Origin: an uncultured virus (IMG/VR IMGVR_UViG_3300030520_000004)
Taxonomy: Duplodnaviria > Heunggongvirae > Uroviricota > Caudoviricetes
DNA length: 64,000 nucleotides
Direction: 5' to 3' (one strand)
Virus record (IMG/VR): IMGVR_UViG_3300030520_000004
Shown here: positions 9,139 to 20,100 of the stretch, piece by piece
Layout: each line of letters starts with the position of its first letter
Numbering within the stretch: position 1 is the first letter of the stretch
Made by a program: the position numbers and the translations under genes
Notes under the pieces: generated by a model
What the model saw: the letters and a program-made list of their open reading frames with translations, nothing else
Told to the model about the DNA's origin: nothing
Databases searched by the model: none

Positions 9139-11070
9139 TTAGCCGCGGTGCATCTGCTGGAGCTGCGCGATGGCGAGGGAGTTCATCTCGTCCGCGATGG
9201 CCTTCTTCTTGTTCGCGTCGAGTTCCCCGGCGAGCTGCTTGCGCAGTTGCAGGCCTCGGTCCATGTCGACGGGCGCGCCCTTGTCCTGGCCGCGCAGGTG
9301 CTCGGAGCGCGGCAGTACGCCGTTGGATGCGACCGCCATGACGGCGGGCTGGTTGGCGATGTCGTCAACCTGCTTGATCAGTTCCTCGACCTGCTTCTCC
9401 AGCGCCTGGTTGCGCTCCTCCAGCACGGTGACGACGTTCGCCTGCGCGAGGACTGCCGCCTGCTTGGCGATGTCCTCCATGTGCGTGGCGCTCCAGCCGT
9501 CGAACTGTGCCTTGAGCACGTCCTGGGCGATGCCCTTGAGCATGTCCTGCGAGGGGGTAGTGGTGGTCTGGGTGGCCTTGGCCACGGTGTCGTCGTCGGC
9601 CGGGACCGCATCGGCGGGGATGCCCGCTTCGGCGGAGGGGGCCGGGGTGAGGTCTGCGGCGGTGGCCGGCGGCTCGGCGGCTGGGGGCTGCTCGGCCTCG
9701 GCGGGTGCCGGGTCGGCCGCGCTGTCGTCCGCGGGTGCGGCGGAGGGGGCCTTGGCCGGGGTGAGCATGGTGATCTCGGTGGGGTCGACGGTGCCGACGA
9801 GGTTGCCGTTGGCGTCGTAGATCGCGACCTGGGCGGGCTTCTCGGCCTTGGCCATGTCGGTGACGGGTACGCCAGCGACGGGCTTGGGCGTGGCCTCGGC
9901 GATGCCCATGGCGGGCGCCTGCCCGGACTCGGCGGTGACGTCTTCGGACAGTGTCGGTGCGGCCATGTCGGGCTCCAGGTTCGCGGTCTTGGCGACCGGC
10001 TGGCCGCTCTCCTCTGTGGTGGGTGCGGCGGGCAGCGACGCGAGTACCTTCTGGAGGCTGTCGACGGCGCCGCGGATGGCCTGCTCGTTTGCGGTGGACA
10101 GGACCCGTCCGGCCTTCTCGATCTGCGCGAAGGTTTCGATGGTGTCGAGCGGCGCGGTGTCGAACCCGCCGAGGGCCTTGCCGACGGCGGCCATCATGTC
10201 GGTGCCGCAGTCGGCCTCGGACTGCTCGGCGATCGCGAACGGTGCGAGGACGCTGATGATGTAGTCGACGGCACAGCAGGCGTCTTCGAGGTCCATGGCG
10301 TTGTCGGCGTCGTCCGGATCGGCCGAGGCGGCTTCGAGCCACTCGCGCTGCGCGAGGGTGTCCAGTGCGGCCTTGGCCCGGGACAGGATCGACGTCCACT
10401 TCATGGCGGTGGCCGCGTCGATGGCCTCCCATGCCGGGGAGCCCGGGTCGTTGGGGTCGCCGGGGGCGTCCTCGCCGGGCTCGGCGAGGATGACCGTCGG
10501 GTCCATGCCGTCGATGCCGTCGTCCAAGTCCATGCTGTCCGCCTTCTTGATCGAGCCGTCAGATGCCCAGTTGTCCGGGACCTTGCGGCCCATCTCCTCG
10601 GCGCGCCGCTGGATGAAGCGGCGGATCTTGTCGTGGTCTTCGCCGCCGCGGCCTACCGCGCGGATCGCCGCGTCGAGGTCCTCGTCGTCGGCAATGGGGT
10701 ACGAGATGTCGCCGTCGGGGCCCTTCATGGCGTGGCCCTTGGCTGCGAGGTCCCGCAGTTGGTGGGCGGTGTACTTGTCCTTGACGACCTCGGTACGCGG
10801 CTCGGCCTTACGCACGGGCGCGCCGTGGATCATCGCGGCGATCGCGGCAGGGCTGCCGGTCATCGTGACGGTCTCGGCTGGTTCGAGCATCGGCTCGGCC
10901 TTCGCGAGGAGCTGGCGGACGTACGCGCCGTCGAGGAGACCGCCCGCGTCCTGCCGCTGCTTCATCAGCAGGAAGCCGCTGCTGCCGTTCGCGGCACGGC
11001 CCACGAGGTCGACCCTGGGGATGTCAGCGTCGACGGCCTCGGTCCAGTCGTCTTCGATGAAGTCAGTCAC
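9139..11070 (-). CDS. Putative capsid scaffold/maturation-associated protein
   Basis: 643 aa, acidic; N-terminal RVDLVGRAANG, internal SYPI…DLDAAIRAVGRG domain, Pro/Ala linker, C-terminal coiled coil; directly upstream of capsid. Confidence 0.65.
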   Translation of the reverse strand: MTDFIEDDWTEAVDADIPRVDLVGRAANGSSGFLLMKQRQDAGGLLDGAYVRQLLAKAEPMLEPAETVTMTGSPAAIAAMIHGAPVRKAEPRTEVVKDKYTAHQLRDLAAKGHAMKGPDGDISYPIADDEDLDAAIRAVGRGGEDHDKIRRFIQRRAEEMGRKVPDNWASDGSIKKADSMDLDDGIDGMDPTVILAEPGEDAPGDPNDPGSPAWEAIDAATAMKWTSILSRAKAALDTLAQREWLEAASADPDDADNAMDLEDACCAVDYIISVLAPFAIAEQSEADCGTDMMAAVGKALGGFDTAPLDTIETFAQIEKAGRVLSTANEQAIRGAVDSLQKVLASLPAAPTTEESGQPVAKTANLEPDMAAPTLSEDVTAESGQAPAMGIAEATPKPVAGVPVTDMAKAEKPAQVAIYDANGNLVGTVDPTEITMLTPAKAPSAAPADDSAADPAPAEAEQPPAAEPPATAADLTPAPSAEAGIPADAVPADDDTVAKATQTTTTPSQDMLKGIAQDVLKAQFDGWSATHMEDIAKQAAVLAQANVVTVLEERNQALEKQVEELIKQVDDIANQPAVMAVASNGVLPRSEHLRGQDKGAPVDMDRGLQLRKQLAGELDANKKKAIADEMNSLAIAQLQQMHRG

Positions 11071-11570
11071 TGGTCACTCCTGACGCGTCGTCTTGTCCGT
11101 CGTCGTGCTTGGCCTTGCGGTGAGAACCCGGTGACTTGGCCGGACTTCACGAGGGCCCAAGCAACGTCGTCGCAGATCGCCCCGATCAACCAGTCGCCGG
11201 CCTTGATGAAGGTCCCGTCGGGCTGCTCCCAGTCGGGGCCGCGGTAGACGTAGCTTTCGACGACGGTGGCGTGTCCGATCGAGTCGTCGGGACCGTGGAA
11301 CAGGCCGACCTGCGCTCCGCCGGGGAGGTAGCTCCAGCAGGCTTTCTCCAGCTCTTCCGGGCTGAAAAAGTCGCGCGCGCCGTCCGCGCCCTTGGCGATG
11401 CGCGGGTCCTGCCCTGCCTGATAGGCCAGGCCCAAAATGAACTGCTGCTCGGGTACCGCGGACTTGCCGAGGAACCGCAGCCCGTCGGGCTCGGGTTCGA
11501 TATGGGGATGGTCTTCTCGTCCGCAGCCGCACGGGCAGTCGCCCGACCCGGGGGAGGGATCATCGTCCAC
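11067..11570 (-). CDS. XkdF-like putative prohead serine protease
   Basis: FILGLAY…DFFSPEELEKACW…VGLFHG…VVESYVY…GDWLIG…WALVKSGQVTGFS; GTG start (track over-extends upstream). Confidence 0.8.
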   Translation of the reverse strand: MDDDPSPGSGDCPCGCGREDHPHIEPEPDGLRFLGKSAVPEQQFILGLAYQAGQDPRIAKGADGARDFFSPEELEKACWSYLPGGAQVGLFHGPDDSIGHATVVESYVYRGPDWEQPDGTFIKAGDWLIGAICDDVAWALVKSGQVTGFSPQGQARRRTRRRVRSDQ

Positions 11571-11584
11571 GGTGGTCACCCCCT

Positions 11585-14500
11585 TCATGCAGGGCCGACG
11601 TTGCACCGGCAATGCGGGTGTACTGGCGGGTAGGAGTCGCCGGAGGGGTACGGGGCGCCGATGGGCCGGGGCCCGGCTGCGGCGTTGCCGGAGCAGGTCG
11701 GGCAGGTGTTGGGACTGGGGTCCAGCAGCCAGCGTCCTTGGGTGATGCCGGCCTGCCGGTAGCCGACGAGCGCGGCCAGTCCGGAGCTGCGGGTGATCTC
11801 GGTGATGGCGATGCCGAGGGCCGTGGTGATGCTGCCGAGTGCGTCTCGGAGGGATTCGGCGAGCATCAGTGCTGTCGTGCCGGCAAGGAGTCCGGCGACG
11901 AGGAGCCGCACGAGTTCCTGGTGCCGGGTGTTGGCCATGCCTTGGGCGTCGCCGGTGGCGTCGTCCGTGAGCTGGTCGTAGTTCTCGTCGGCGTCGTTGT
12001 CGGCGATGGTGTGCTGGGCTTGGGCGGTGTCGCCGGGCGTCCAGTTGCCGAGGTTGATGCGTCGTTTGCCTGCCGCGAGTGCCTTGGCGGATAGGAGTCC
12101 AAGGAGGTAGCCGTCGGCGTGGACCTTCGGAAGGATCTTGGCGAGCGGCCTGGCGAGGTCGAGTTGCCTGGCGGCCAGCCATTCGCTGGTCGCAGCGGTG
12201 AGCTGTGCCTTGTCGGGCTTGTTGCCGTCGGCGGGGAGTTGGTGCTGCGCGAGGTAGTCCCGCGCGAGCTGCTCCGCCGCAGTGACGGTCAGCGTGGCCT
12301 TGAGGCTGCGGGCGATCTCCTCGGCCCAGTAGTTGGCGGCGTCCATATCGTGCTGCCAGCCGGGCCAGTCGGCTGATGCCCCCTTGGCGGGGGCGTCAGC
12401 TTTTGGGGATGCGGCCTTGACCACGCCGGTGCCGTCGAGCGCGGCTAGGACCGCGTCGATGTTGGCGAGGAGCTCCTGCCGTACGGCTGGGTTGCCGGGC
12501 AGCTGGTCCGGGGACCACCAGGCGAGGGCCTCCGTGATATCCCCGTCCGGGTCGTCGGGGTTGGGTATCTGATCGCGGTCGCCGCCGATCGGTACGCAGT
12601 CCTCGGACGGGACCGTCCATACGATGCCCTCGTAGATGCCGCTCGGGCTGAGCCACGCCCCGCTGACCTCGCCGGGCGGCGGGATGAATCCCGTCTCCTC
12701 GCTCCATTCACGCCAAGCGCCTTGGATCGACGACTCGCTGCCTTCCAGGTGGCCCCCGGGTACCTCCCACGTGCCGGACGCTGGATCCTCGGGGTCCAGG
12801 GCCCGCTGGAGCATGAGGACGCGCCCGGTGTCGGCTGCCCGGACGGCCAGTCCTGCGACGGCTACTTCGCCCGCGTCCTTGCGGATGGCGAGTCGGCCGC
12901 TGTCGTTGAGGTTGTGGCCTGTGACCGGATCGGTGGCTGTGAACTTGAAGTCCCGCCACCGGCCGTCCTTGCGCCGCGCTTTGGCGAAGCGGCGGAATGC
13001 GGCCAGTTCGGCGTCGCGGGCGGCCTTGGCGACGGGCGCGTCCTTGTCCGGCTCGTCGTCGTCCTCTTCGTTGTGGTGCTGTCCGATGAGGTCGTAGCCG
13101 GTGATGCCGGTCGCCGTGGTGATTCCGGCGGTAGGCGCGCCGCCCCCTTCGCTGTCCTTCGCCACCGGTTGGGCCGGTGGCGCGGTCGGCATCGCGGACG
13201 AGCCGTATTCCTCCTCCGCCAAGGGGGTCGTCTTGATGGGGGGGTTGGGTACGACGCCTTCGACGCCACCGAAGACAGTGTGTGGAAGTAGCGCGCCCGG
13301 CTCGGGTGCGGCGGTCTCCGGATCGATCTGCCCCGCGAGCGCATACAGCGAGGCGAGGGGGATCGGGCCGGAGCGGGAGGTAGAGATGAAGCGGGGCATC
13401 GGCTGCCCGGCGGGCTCCGGCAGTCCGTAACGCATCTCGCGGATGTCCGATCCGCCGATGACTCCCAGCTCCAGGTAGATCTTGTCTGCCTGGGCCTGCT
13501 GCAACCGGTCTGCCTGCTCCTCGCCCAGGTCGAATGCGAAGCGCACGGGAAGGCCGAGGTCGTTGCGTAGGAACCCGCTGAGGGTGTCCTGGATGTGGCG
13601 GATCAGCGGCAGGTCGCCGACGCGGTGCTGCACGTCGGCCTGGCTTTCGCCGGACGACTTGTTGACGGACTCGGTGAACCCGAGGTCGGAGGGCACGACG
13701 TGGTAGGCCGCGGCGGTCTTCCGCATGAGGTGGAGCGAGAAGACGTCTGAGAAGTCTTTCTCGTTCGACCATGCGATCTTGAAGCCGGGCGGCATGAACT
13801 TGACCTGCTGCTTGATCGCCTGGTCGCCGGTGAGGACCGCGTCCCACTGCTCCTGGAACTGCTCGATCTGGTCCGGGGACCAGCCCTCAGGCGCGGAGGC
13901 GAACGCCTGCGGGACGTTGCCCTCAGTGAATCTCTGCAAAAAATAGGCTTGGAATCGCAGGTCAGTGTTGGCGTTGAGCAGGATCGACTCAAGCGGTGCG
14001 CGGCCGTACGGCGAGCCGGGAATCTTGCGGAACGGGGTGTAGATGATGTCCCGCGTGGTCTGCCAGTTCCACGGCAGGCCCTGCGCGTACTGCACGTACG
14101 CCTCGGCCGGGTACTGCGGAACATTGCCGAACTCGTCGAGGAGCGGCACGAAAGTAGTGCCGTCCACAACGCGCAGGCCGACGCAACGGCCAGCCCTGTT
14201 CCTCATCCTGTAGAGCGTCCCGGCGTCGTACGCGAGGATGTCGAACAGCCACGACGCCAGCCACGACGCGAACGGCTGGTCCCGGTCCGGCTTCTCAAGC
14301 GCGGCCATGCCCACGGTGATGGCGTCCGCGACATCGCCTACGGCGCCGTCGGCTGGGATCAGCGACCAGTCCAGGCTGCGGATCGAGTCGATCCGGTGCC
14401 AGATGCACATGGACGCCACGTCGTACGCCTCGACGAGACCACGCAGGGTGTCGAAGGAGACGCGTTCGTGAGTGCGGGGCCGCGCGGAAATGTTGCGGCC

Positions 14501-14671
14501 AGTCAGGAAGTCCTGGCTGCGCGGGGTCCGCGAGTAGCCGTCGTACGGGCCGATCGGAGTACCAGGGCTGAACGCCGTGGACGGCAGCATTCCCGCCGCA
14601 GCCTCCGCCTCCTGGATTGCAGCAGGCGGGGAGTTGCCGAAGACCTTGGCGAGACGGGAGCGGACGCCCAT
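11585..14671 (-). CDS. Portal protein fused to a NUDIX hydrolase and a MuF (SPP1 gp7/Mu gpF-like) head morphogenesis domain
   Basis: Portal motifs (SPYGRAPLE, AAYHVVPSDLGFT); Nudix box GHLEGSESSIQGAWREWSEETG; C-terminal CPTC…PPVHPHCRC; one continuous frame. Confidence 0.9.
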   Translation of the reverse strand: MGVRSRLAKVFGNSPPAAIQEAEAAAGMLPSTAFSPGTPIGPYDGYSRTPRSQDFLTGRNISARPRTHERVSFDTLRGLVEAYDVASMCIWHRIDSIRSLDWSLIPADGAVGDVADAITVGMAALEKPDRDQPFASWLASWLFDILAYDAGTLYRMRNRAGRCVGLRVVDGTTFVPLLDEFGNVPQYPAEAYVQYAQGLPWNWQTTRDIIYTPFRKIPGSPYGRAPLESILLNANTDLRFQAYFLQRFTEGNVPQAFASAPEGWSPDQIEQFQEQWDAVLTGDQAIKQQVKFMPPGFKIAWSNEKDFSDVFSLHLMRKTAAAYHVVPSDLGFTESVNKSSGESQADVQHRVGDLPLIRHIQDTLSGFLRNDLGLPVRFAFDLGEEQADRLQQAQADKIYLELGVIGGSDIREMRYGLPEPAGQPMPRFISTSRSGPIPLASLYALAGQIDPETAAPEPGALLPHTVFGGVEGVVPNPPIKTTPLAEEEYGSSAMPTAPPAQPVAKDSEGGGAPTAGITTATGITGYDLIGQHHNEEDDDEPDKDAPVAKAARDAELAAFRRFAKARRKDGRWRDFKFTATDPVTGHNLNDSGRLAIRKDAGEVAVAGLAVRAADTGRVLMLQRALDPEDPASGTWEVPGGHLEGSESSIQGAWREWSEETGFIPPPGEVSGAWLSPSGIYEGIVWTVPSEDCVPIGGDRDQIPNPDDPDGDITEALAWWSPDQLPGNPAVRQELLANIDAVLAALDGTGVVKAASPKADAPAKGASADWPGWQHDMDAANYWAEEIARSLKATLTVTAAEQLARDYLAQHQLPADGNKPDKAQLTAATSEWLAARQLDLARPLAKILPKVHADGYLLGLLSAKALAAGKRRINLGNWTPGDTAQAQHTIADNDADENYDQLTDDATGDAQGMANTRHQELVRLLVAGLLAGTTALMLAESLRDALGSITTALGIAITEITRSSGLAALVGYRQAGITQGRWLLDPSPNTCPTCSGNAAAGPRPIGAPYPSGDSYPPVHPHCRCNVGPA

Positions 14672-14685
14672 GCGGGGAGGCCCCC

Positions 14686-16347
14686 CTATCTGCGTTGCTG
14701 CTGCCGGAAAGCGAGGTTGCGGGCACGCTGACGGGCGGCGACGGGGTCTTCGGGGGCGTCGGCTTGAGCGGTGAGAGATGTCTTCGGCGCCGCCGCAGTG
14801 ATGGGTGTTGCCGTTGCCGGCCTGCCTGCGGCGAGCGCTTCGGCCTTCCGCCGCGCGTAGTCGATCCACGCCTGTGCCCCGGACCCGTCGAGCAGCATCT
14901 GCGATAGGGCTTGGCTGGTGGCATCGACCTGGTCGTCGTGGGCGGCGTTGGGGAAGCCGGCGGCTTCGTCGATGAGGGCTTCGGGATCGAACAGGGCGAT
15001 CGCCGCCTCCGGCAGGAACACGTTCCCGGCCTCAATGAAGGGCGCAACGGCGTTGGCCCGCGCGTACTTCGACTCGGTCGGGCTGACCGCCGTGATGCCT
15101 GGGATCTTCGACGTCAAAGTGTCGATGATCGCTGTGCCGTTGGCCTTGTCCTCAACGATCTTGCGGGTGGCCTGAGGCCAGCGCGCGACCATCGCCTTGA
15201 AGGCAGTCAGAGTGTCAGTGAAGCTGAGCCGCTTGTGGACCTGGTCGAGCAAGTACACGTTCGCACCGCGCCGGGCCCAGACCTGGCCGACGACGTAGTC
15301 GCTGCTCTTGGTGTCCTTGAACGCCATGTCCCAGGACATGACCATCTCGTCGCACTCGTTGACGAGATAGGCACCGGGGTCTGTGGGGTGCTGCGACCAC
15401 AGCGGGGTCGTGTATCTGCGCCACCACGGACGCTGCCAGACGTTACCGGCATCCGGGCTTGGACTGCCCTGATAGAGGGCACTGAATACCCGGGACCCGG
15501 CTTGAATCCGGATCTCCTCCCACTGTGCTGCGGTACGTTTTCGCGCGGAGGCTAGCCACTGCCCCGGTTCGCGGGCGAGGAGGTCCGACTGGCCCTTGAC
15601 CGGGTCGTGGTCGGCCAGTGCGGGGATGTTGACGACGCGCCAGCGGTGGCCATCCTCGGCTGCGAGCAGTCGCCCCGCGAAGTCATCCTCGTGCCACCTG
15701 GTCATGATCACGATGACGGGGGCGTCTGGTGCCAGACGCGTTGATCCGACGGACTGCCACCAGCCCCACACGCGCTCGCGGTAGTAGGCCGAGGCCGCCT
15801 GCTCCTTATCGGAGAAGGGGTCATCAACTACGAGTGCGTCCAAGGGGCGTCCGGTCAATCCGGAGCCGATGCCGACGCACACAACGCCGCCGCGATGCCC
15901 TGCAAGCTGCCAGCGCTTAGCGGACCCGTAGTCGCGGGCGATGCTGAGGCCGATGTCGAAGGTGCCTTCGTCGCCGTCGTTCGTTGTGATCCAGTTCCTG
16001 ATCTCGCGCCCGAACGTCTCCGCCAGGGATTGCGAGTAGGAGACGATGCCCATGCGGCGCTCGGGATCGCGGGTCAGCGCCCATAGCGTCCCGGTCTTGG
16101 TGACGCGCTGGCTCTTGCCCTCCTGCGGCGGCATGGAGACGATGAGCCGGGCCCCGGGATCGGAATACGCGCGCATGACCTCTTGGTCGATCACGTCTAG
16201 CGCTGGTGTCTGCACGGTCTCGGGATCGATCAGCTTGGCCAGGTCGCCGGGGGTCTCCCACTTCGGGCCCCGCGCGCGGCGGCCAGCCTTGCGGCGCTCG
16301 ATCTCAGCCTGGAGCGCCTGCAGCTCCAGCATCTTCGTCAGCTTCAT
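14686..16347 (-). CDS. terL: Terminase large subunit
   Basis: Walker A-like SMPPQEGKS, Walker B LVVDD, IMTRWHEDD, nuclease SWDMAFK…EDKANG…HDDQVDA. Confidence 0.95.
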   Translation of the reverse strand: MKLTKMLELQALQAEIERRKAGRRARGPKWETPGDLAKLIDPETVQTPALDVIDQEVMRAYSDPGARLIVSMPPQEGKSQRVTKTGTLWALTRDPERRMGIVSYSQSLAETFGREIRNWITTNDGDEGTFDIGLSIARDYGSAKRWQLAGHRGGVVCVGIGSGLTGRPLDALVVDDPFSDKEQAASAYYRERVWGWWQSVGSTRLAPDAPVIVIMTRWHEDDFAGRLLAAEDGHRWRVVNIPALADHDPVKGQSDLLAREPGQWLASARKRTAAQWEEIRIQAGSRVFSALYQGSPSPDAGNVWQRPWWRRYTTPLWSQHPTDPGAYLVNECDEMVMSWDMAFKDTKSSDYVVGQVWARRGANVYLLDQVHKRLSFTDTLTAFKAMVARWPQATRKIVEDKANGTAIIDTLTSKIPGITAVSPTESKYARANAVAPFIEAGNVFLPEAAIALFDPEALIDEAAGFPNAAHDDQVDATSQALSQMLLDGSGAQAWIDYARRKAEALAAGRPATATPITAAAPKTSLTAQADAPEDPVAARQRARNLAFRQQQRR

Positions 16348-16837
16348 CGCCAAGAGCGGCGAGTTGTTCGCTGGCGTCGATGATTGCCTTGTTGAGGGCA
16401 TCGACGGTGAACGCCCCCTCGATTTTGACGGCCTGGTCGAGTCCGCGCAGCTTCGCGACCTGGGAGTTGATCTTTAGGAGCCGGTCTGCGGCGGCGAGGT
16501 TCGGGCCCTTATCCAGGAGCGGCTCACCGGTCTCGGGGTGCTCGGCCACGCGCCCGCTGGTGGATACGTGGAAGTACTCACCACGGAAGATCTTGTGTAC
16601 CTCTTCGGCGAGGTACTCCAGCTCGACGAGCTGCTCTTCGCGGTACACCTCGACGCTAGTGCTCTGCGCCGCGATCGACTCCTCCAGGGCGCGGGAGAAG
16701 TCCTTGCTGGCCGAGTAGGCGCTGCTGTATCCGAGCTCGGCCCAGAACTCGGCGTACGGCACCTTCCGCCGCCGATAGTCGACGAGCTTGGCGCGGCGCG
16801 CCGAGACGATCGCGGTCTCTGCACGGGAGCGTCCCAT
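16304..16837 (-). CDS. Terminase small subunit
   Basis: HTH-like N-terminus (YAEFWAELGYSS), AADRLLKI…KLRGLD C-terminal motif; overlaps terL. Confidence 0.75.
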   Translation of the reverse strand: MGRSRAETAIVSARRAKLVDYRRRKVPYAEFWAELGYSSAYSASKDFSRALEESIAAQSTSVEVYREEQLVELEYLAEEVHKIFRGEYFHVSTSGRVAEHPETGEPLLDKGPNLAAADRLLKINSQVAKLRGLDQAVKIEGAFTVDALNKAIIDASEQLAALGDEADEDAGAAGAPG

Positions 16838-16848
16838 GGGTGCCTCCC

Positions 16849-17112
16849 TCAGGCAGCCGGGACCTGGTAGCCCCGCGGGCTGAACTGGCTGGTGCCAGCG
16901 CCGAGCGAGAGCGGCCCGACGAGGTTGGTGTTGCCGTAGTTGGCGCACAGGAACACGTACACGTCGCCCTGGTCGGGCTGGGTGACGGCGTAGTCGCCGG
17001 TGCCCATGTTCTCGGTCCAGGAGTCGTGGGTGACGGCGACGATGCCAGGGAAGTACGCGCCGCTGCCCTCGTTGACGATGACGATGGTGCCGAGATCGGG
17101 GACGCTCATCAT
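16849..17112 (-). CDS. Hypothetical protein
   Basis: 87-aa ORF with AAGGAG RBS. Confidence 0.7.
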   Translation of the reverse strand: MMSVPDLGTIVIVNEGSGAYFPGIVAVTHDSWTENMGTGDYAVTQPDQGDVYVFLCANYGNTNLVGPLSLGAGTSQFSPRGYQVPAA

Positions 17113-17125
17113 GTGCTCCTTCGGG

Positions 17126-20100
17126 TCAGGACAGGCCCGCGAACCAGCCGTTGCTGGCTCCGGACAGGGTGCCGAGGCTGGCTGGCATGGCCGTGGTCTG
17201 GCCGGTGGCGGCGGTCGCGAAGCGGGCGTTCGCGGCGCTGAGCTTGTAGTTCGCTGCGGACTGGGAGACGCCGCGCAGGAACGTCGGTAGCGTGGTGCCG
17301 TTCGCGAACCAGGCGATGAGGTAGTCCCCTGCCGTGAGGTTGTACGGTCCTCCGGTCAGCGGCATCGTCTTCGCGCCGGTGGATACCCAGCTGGCGGACT
17401 GGTCGGCGGTGGAAGCGACGGGGGCCCCGGCGGTGGTGTAGAGGCCGGCGAAGCATTCGTTCGCGGTCAGGGTCACGCCGGCTGCCGTGATGAACAGTTC
17501 GACGTTCGTGACGGACGCCGCGATGGGGACGTGGACCCGGGCGACGTTGACGGTTCCCGCTGCGGCAAGGATCGTGCCGCTTGTGCAGGTCGCCGGGTCC
17601 ATGGTCCAGGTGATGAGGCTGTGGTCCTCGGGTGCCCAGTAGGTGCGCGGGTGGACGTGGTCCCAGGGGGCGGCGAGCGGCCCGGAACCGGTCGCGCCGG
17701 GCGTCCCGGACTTCTTGGGCAGGTCGGTGGTGTCGATGGTGGCTTGCGCGGTGCCGGTCATCGATGCCCAGCGCAATACTTCGCCGACGGGCATGACGGT
17801 GATGCCGCGGGAGTTGATCCCCGCCATGATCGACGCGAAGTCCGTGATGGAGATCTGCGTGTCGGCGGTCGGGGTCGTCACGACCTCATGGAATGCCAGG
17901 ATCAGCCAGCTGGCCGTGGCCTTGCACTGGTCCAGGTCGCCGCCGGACTGGGTGATGAGGCTGGTCAGGTACTCCTGGCCGTCGCCGGTATAGCTGGAGA
18001 TGCTGGAGATCCGCCGGATCCGGAACGGATCGGATGGCACGTAGGTCTCTTTGGTCTTGTTGACCGTGCTCAGCCCGGCGCCGTAGACCTGCTGGATGAT
18101 GCTGGTCGTGGAGACGCCGTCCGTCGTCAGGCCGTACTGTCCCTTGGGGTAGGCGTTGAGGTCCGCACCCCGGAAGCCGTTCGCGACCGCGAAAGCCTTC
18201 ATGCTCGTCGCGTCGGCAAGCAGCTGGGCGGCGGTGACCCCGGTGTAGGTGTTGCTGTGAACGGTGTCGCTGTACGCGTGGCAGGCGATTTCCCAGCCGT
18301 CGTTCGTCTGGAGGTTCTTCAGGTCCGAGACGGACAGGCGGCCGGTGGTGCCGATCAGGTCGCCGATGATGAACGAGGTCGCCGGATACCCGTAGAGGTC
18401 CATGTAGGGCTTGCCGGCGGTGAGGGCGTCCTCGTAGCAGTCATCGAAGGTGATCGACACGACGCCGTTGGGGAAGGTCGCAGCGCCGTTGGCGACGGTG
18501 TCGACCATCTGGAGGTGCACGGTCGCGGCGTTGGCGGAGCCGCCCCCGATGTCGGCGATGCGGAACCGGACGGCTGCGAGTCCAGCCGTCGCCCCGCTGC
18601 CGATCTTGCTGGCGGTGTGGAAGCTGAGGCTCTGGGTGACCCAGTCGCCGCTGGTCAGGTAGTTGGAGCCTGAGGCGCCGGTCTGCATGACCCAGGTCCA
18701 GCCGTTGGTCCAGGTCGTGTCGGTGCACACGTCCAGCTGGATGCTGGCCAGCATGTTGATGTTGGCGACCTGCACGGTCACGCGGGGATTCGCCGCCGCG
18801 AGACTCAGGCCGGTGACGGATCCGTACACGTGGTACGTGTTGCCGTCGCCCGGGGTGGTGAGCGTGGCGCACTGGCTGCCGCGCACGAACGTGCTCGTGT
18901 CGCTGGGGGTGTAGGTGCCGCCCGAGATGATGTCCGAGACGAAGCCGTGGCCGGCCTGGAACTCTGTGGCGACGGCGACCGGCTGGGCATAGCGGGGCAG
19001 GCGCAGCGACGGCGGGTACGGCACCGAGGTGGCCAGGTTGGCCTGTTGGACGTACCGGGCGTCGCTGGTCGCCGGGTAGTCCACCAGGGCACCAAGCGAC
19101 GGCCGGACGACGCGGATCCACTGGGTGCCATCGCCGATCAGCTCCATGCTGCCGTACTGGAAGATCAGACTCGGATTGACGGTGCCATCAACGGTGCCCG
19201 TGATGGTCACGGCGTTCGCGGACGAGTCCATCTTCTTGACCGTGACGGTCACCCCGGCGGTCGGCGAAGGCAGCGTCACCGTGATCGCATTCGCGGTCGC
19301 AGTGCACTCCAGCACGTCATACGGATTGGCGGTGACCGTCGCGGCGGTGATGGCGCGGATCATGGAGACTGGCACGCCAAGCTGCTGGACCAGGGCGAAG
19401 TCCGTCGGCGAGACGCCGTTGGCACCGCCGGTGATCTTCTGGCCGCCGTTGGACCAGGCCGCGACCGGCGGGTGCTGGGTGGCGATGACGTCGAGCGTCG
19501 CCGTCCGGACCGTCGGAGACCCGGCCGGTCCGCCGACGACCACGGAGGCGTCCGCTGCGGTGACGGCCGCGACGAGGCCGACCGCCTGCACCGTCCAAGC
19601 GCCTGCTACCTGCTGGTAGAGCTGCCCGCTGCTTTGGAGGTACAGGTCGCCGTTCGTCTCCAGCGTCGAGGGCGCGGCGCTGCCGGTGTAGAGCTGAGGC
19701 GTGTGTCCGGTCGCACCGGTGGCCCCGGTTGGACCGGTGCTGCCCGTCGGCCCCGTGGGGCCGGTGCTGCCGGTTGCCCCAGTGGCCCCGGCGGCTCCGG
19801 TTGGGCCCGTTGCGCCTGTGGCACCGGCCGTGCCGGTCGATCCCTGCGGGCCTTGGATGTTGCCGACGGGCGAGCCCCAGGCTCCAGCGGTCTGCTGGTA
19901 GAGGTCGCCGGTGGAGGTCCGCAGGTAGAGGTCGCCGTTGGTGTACAGGGTCGTCGGCGCGGCTGTGCCGCTGTAGAGCTGGGGGGTATGGCCTGCCGCG
20001 CCGGCGCTTCCGGTCGCGCCGGTTGCCCCGGCGACACCCTGGGTGCCCGTCGGTCCGGTCGGTCCGGTTGAGCCGGTGGCACCGGTCGGTCCCGTGGGTC

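Noticed and set aside
4044..11247. Long plus-strand ORFs (4044-5891, 7376-9142, 9148-11247), and similarly 26604-28196 and 34698-36314
   Set aside because: Antisense shadows of real minus-strand genes in high-GC DNA; Arg/Gly-rich with no recognisable motifs.
11067..16948. Track start codons for protease (12182), portal (14869), terL (16401) and terS (16948)
   Set aside because: They overlap upstream genes with non-protein-like sequence; downstream starts fit the operon better.
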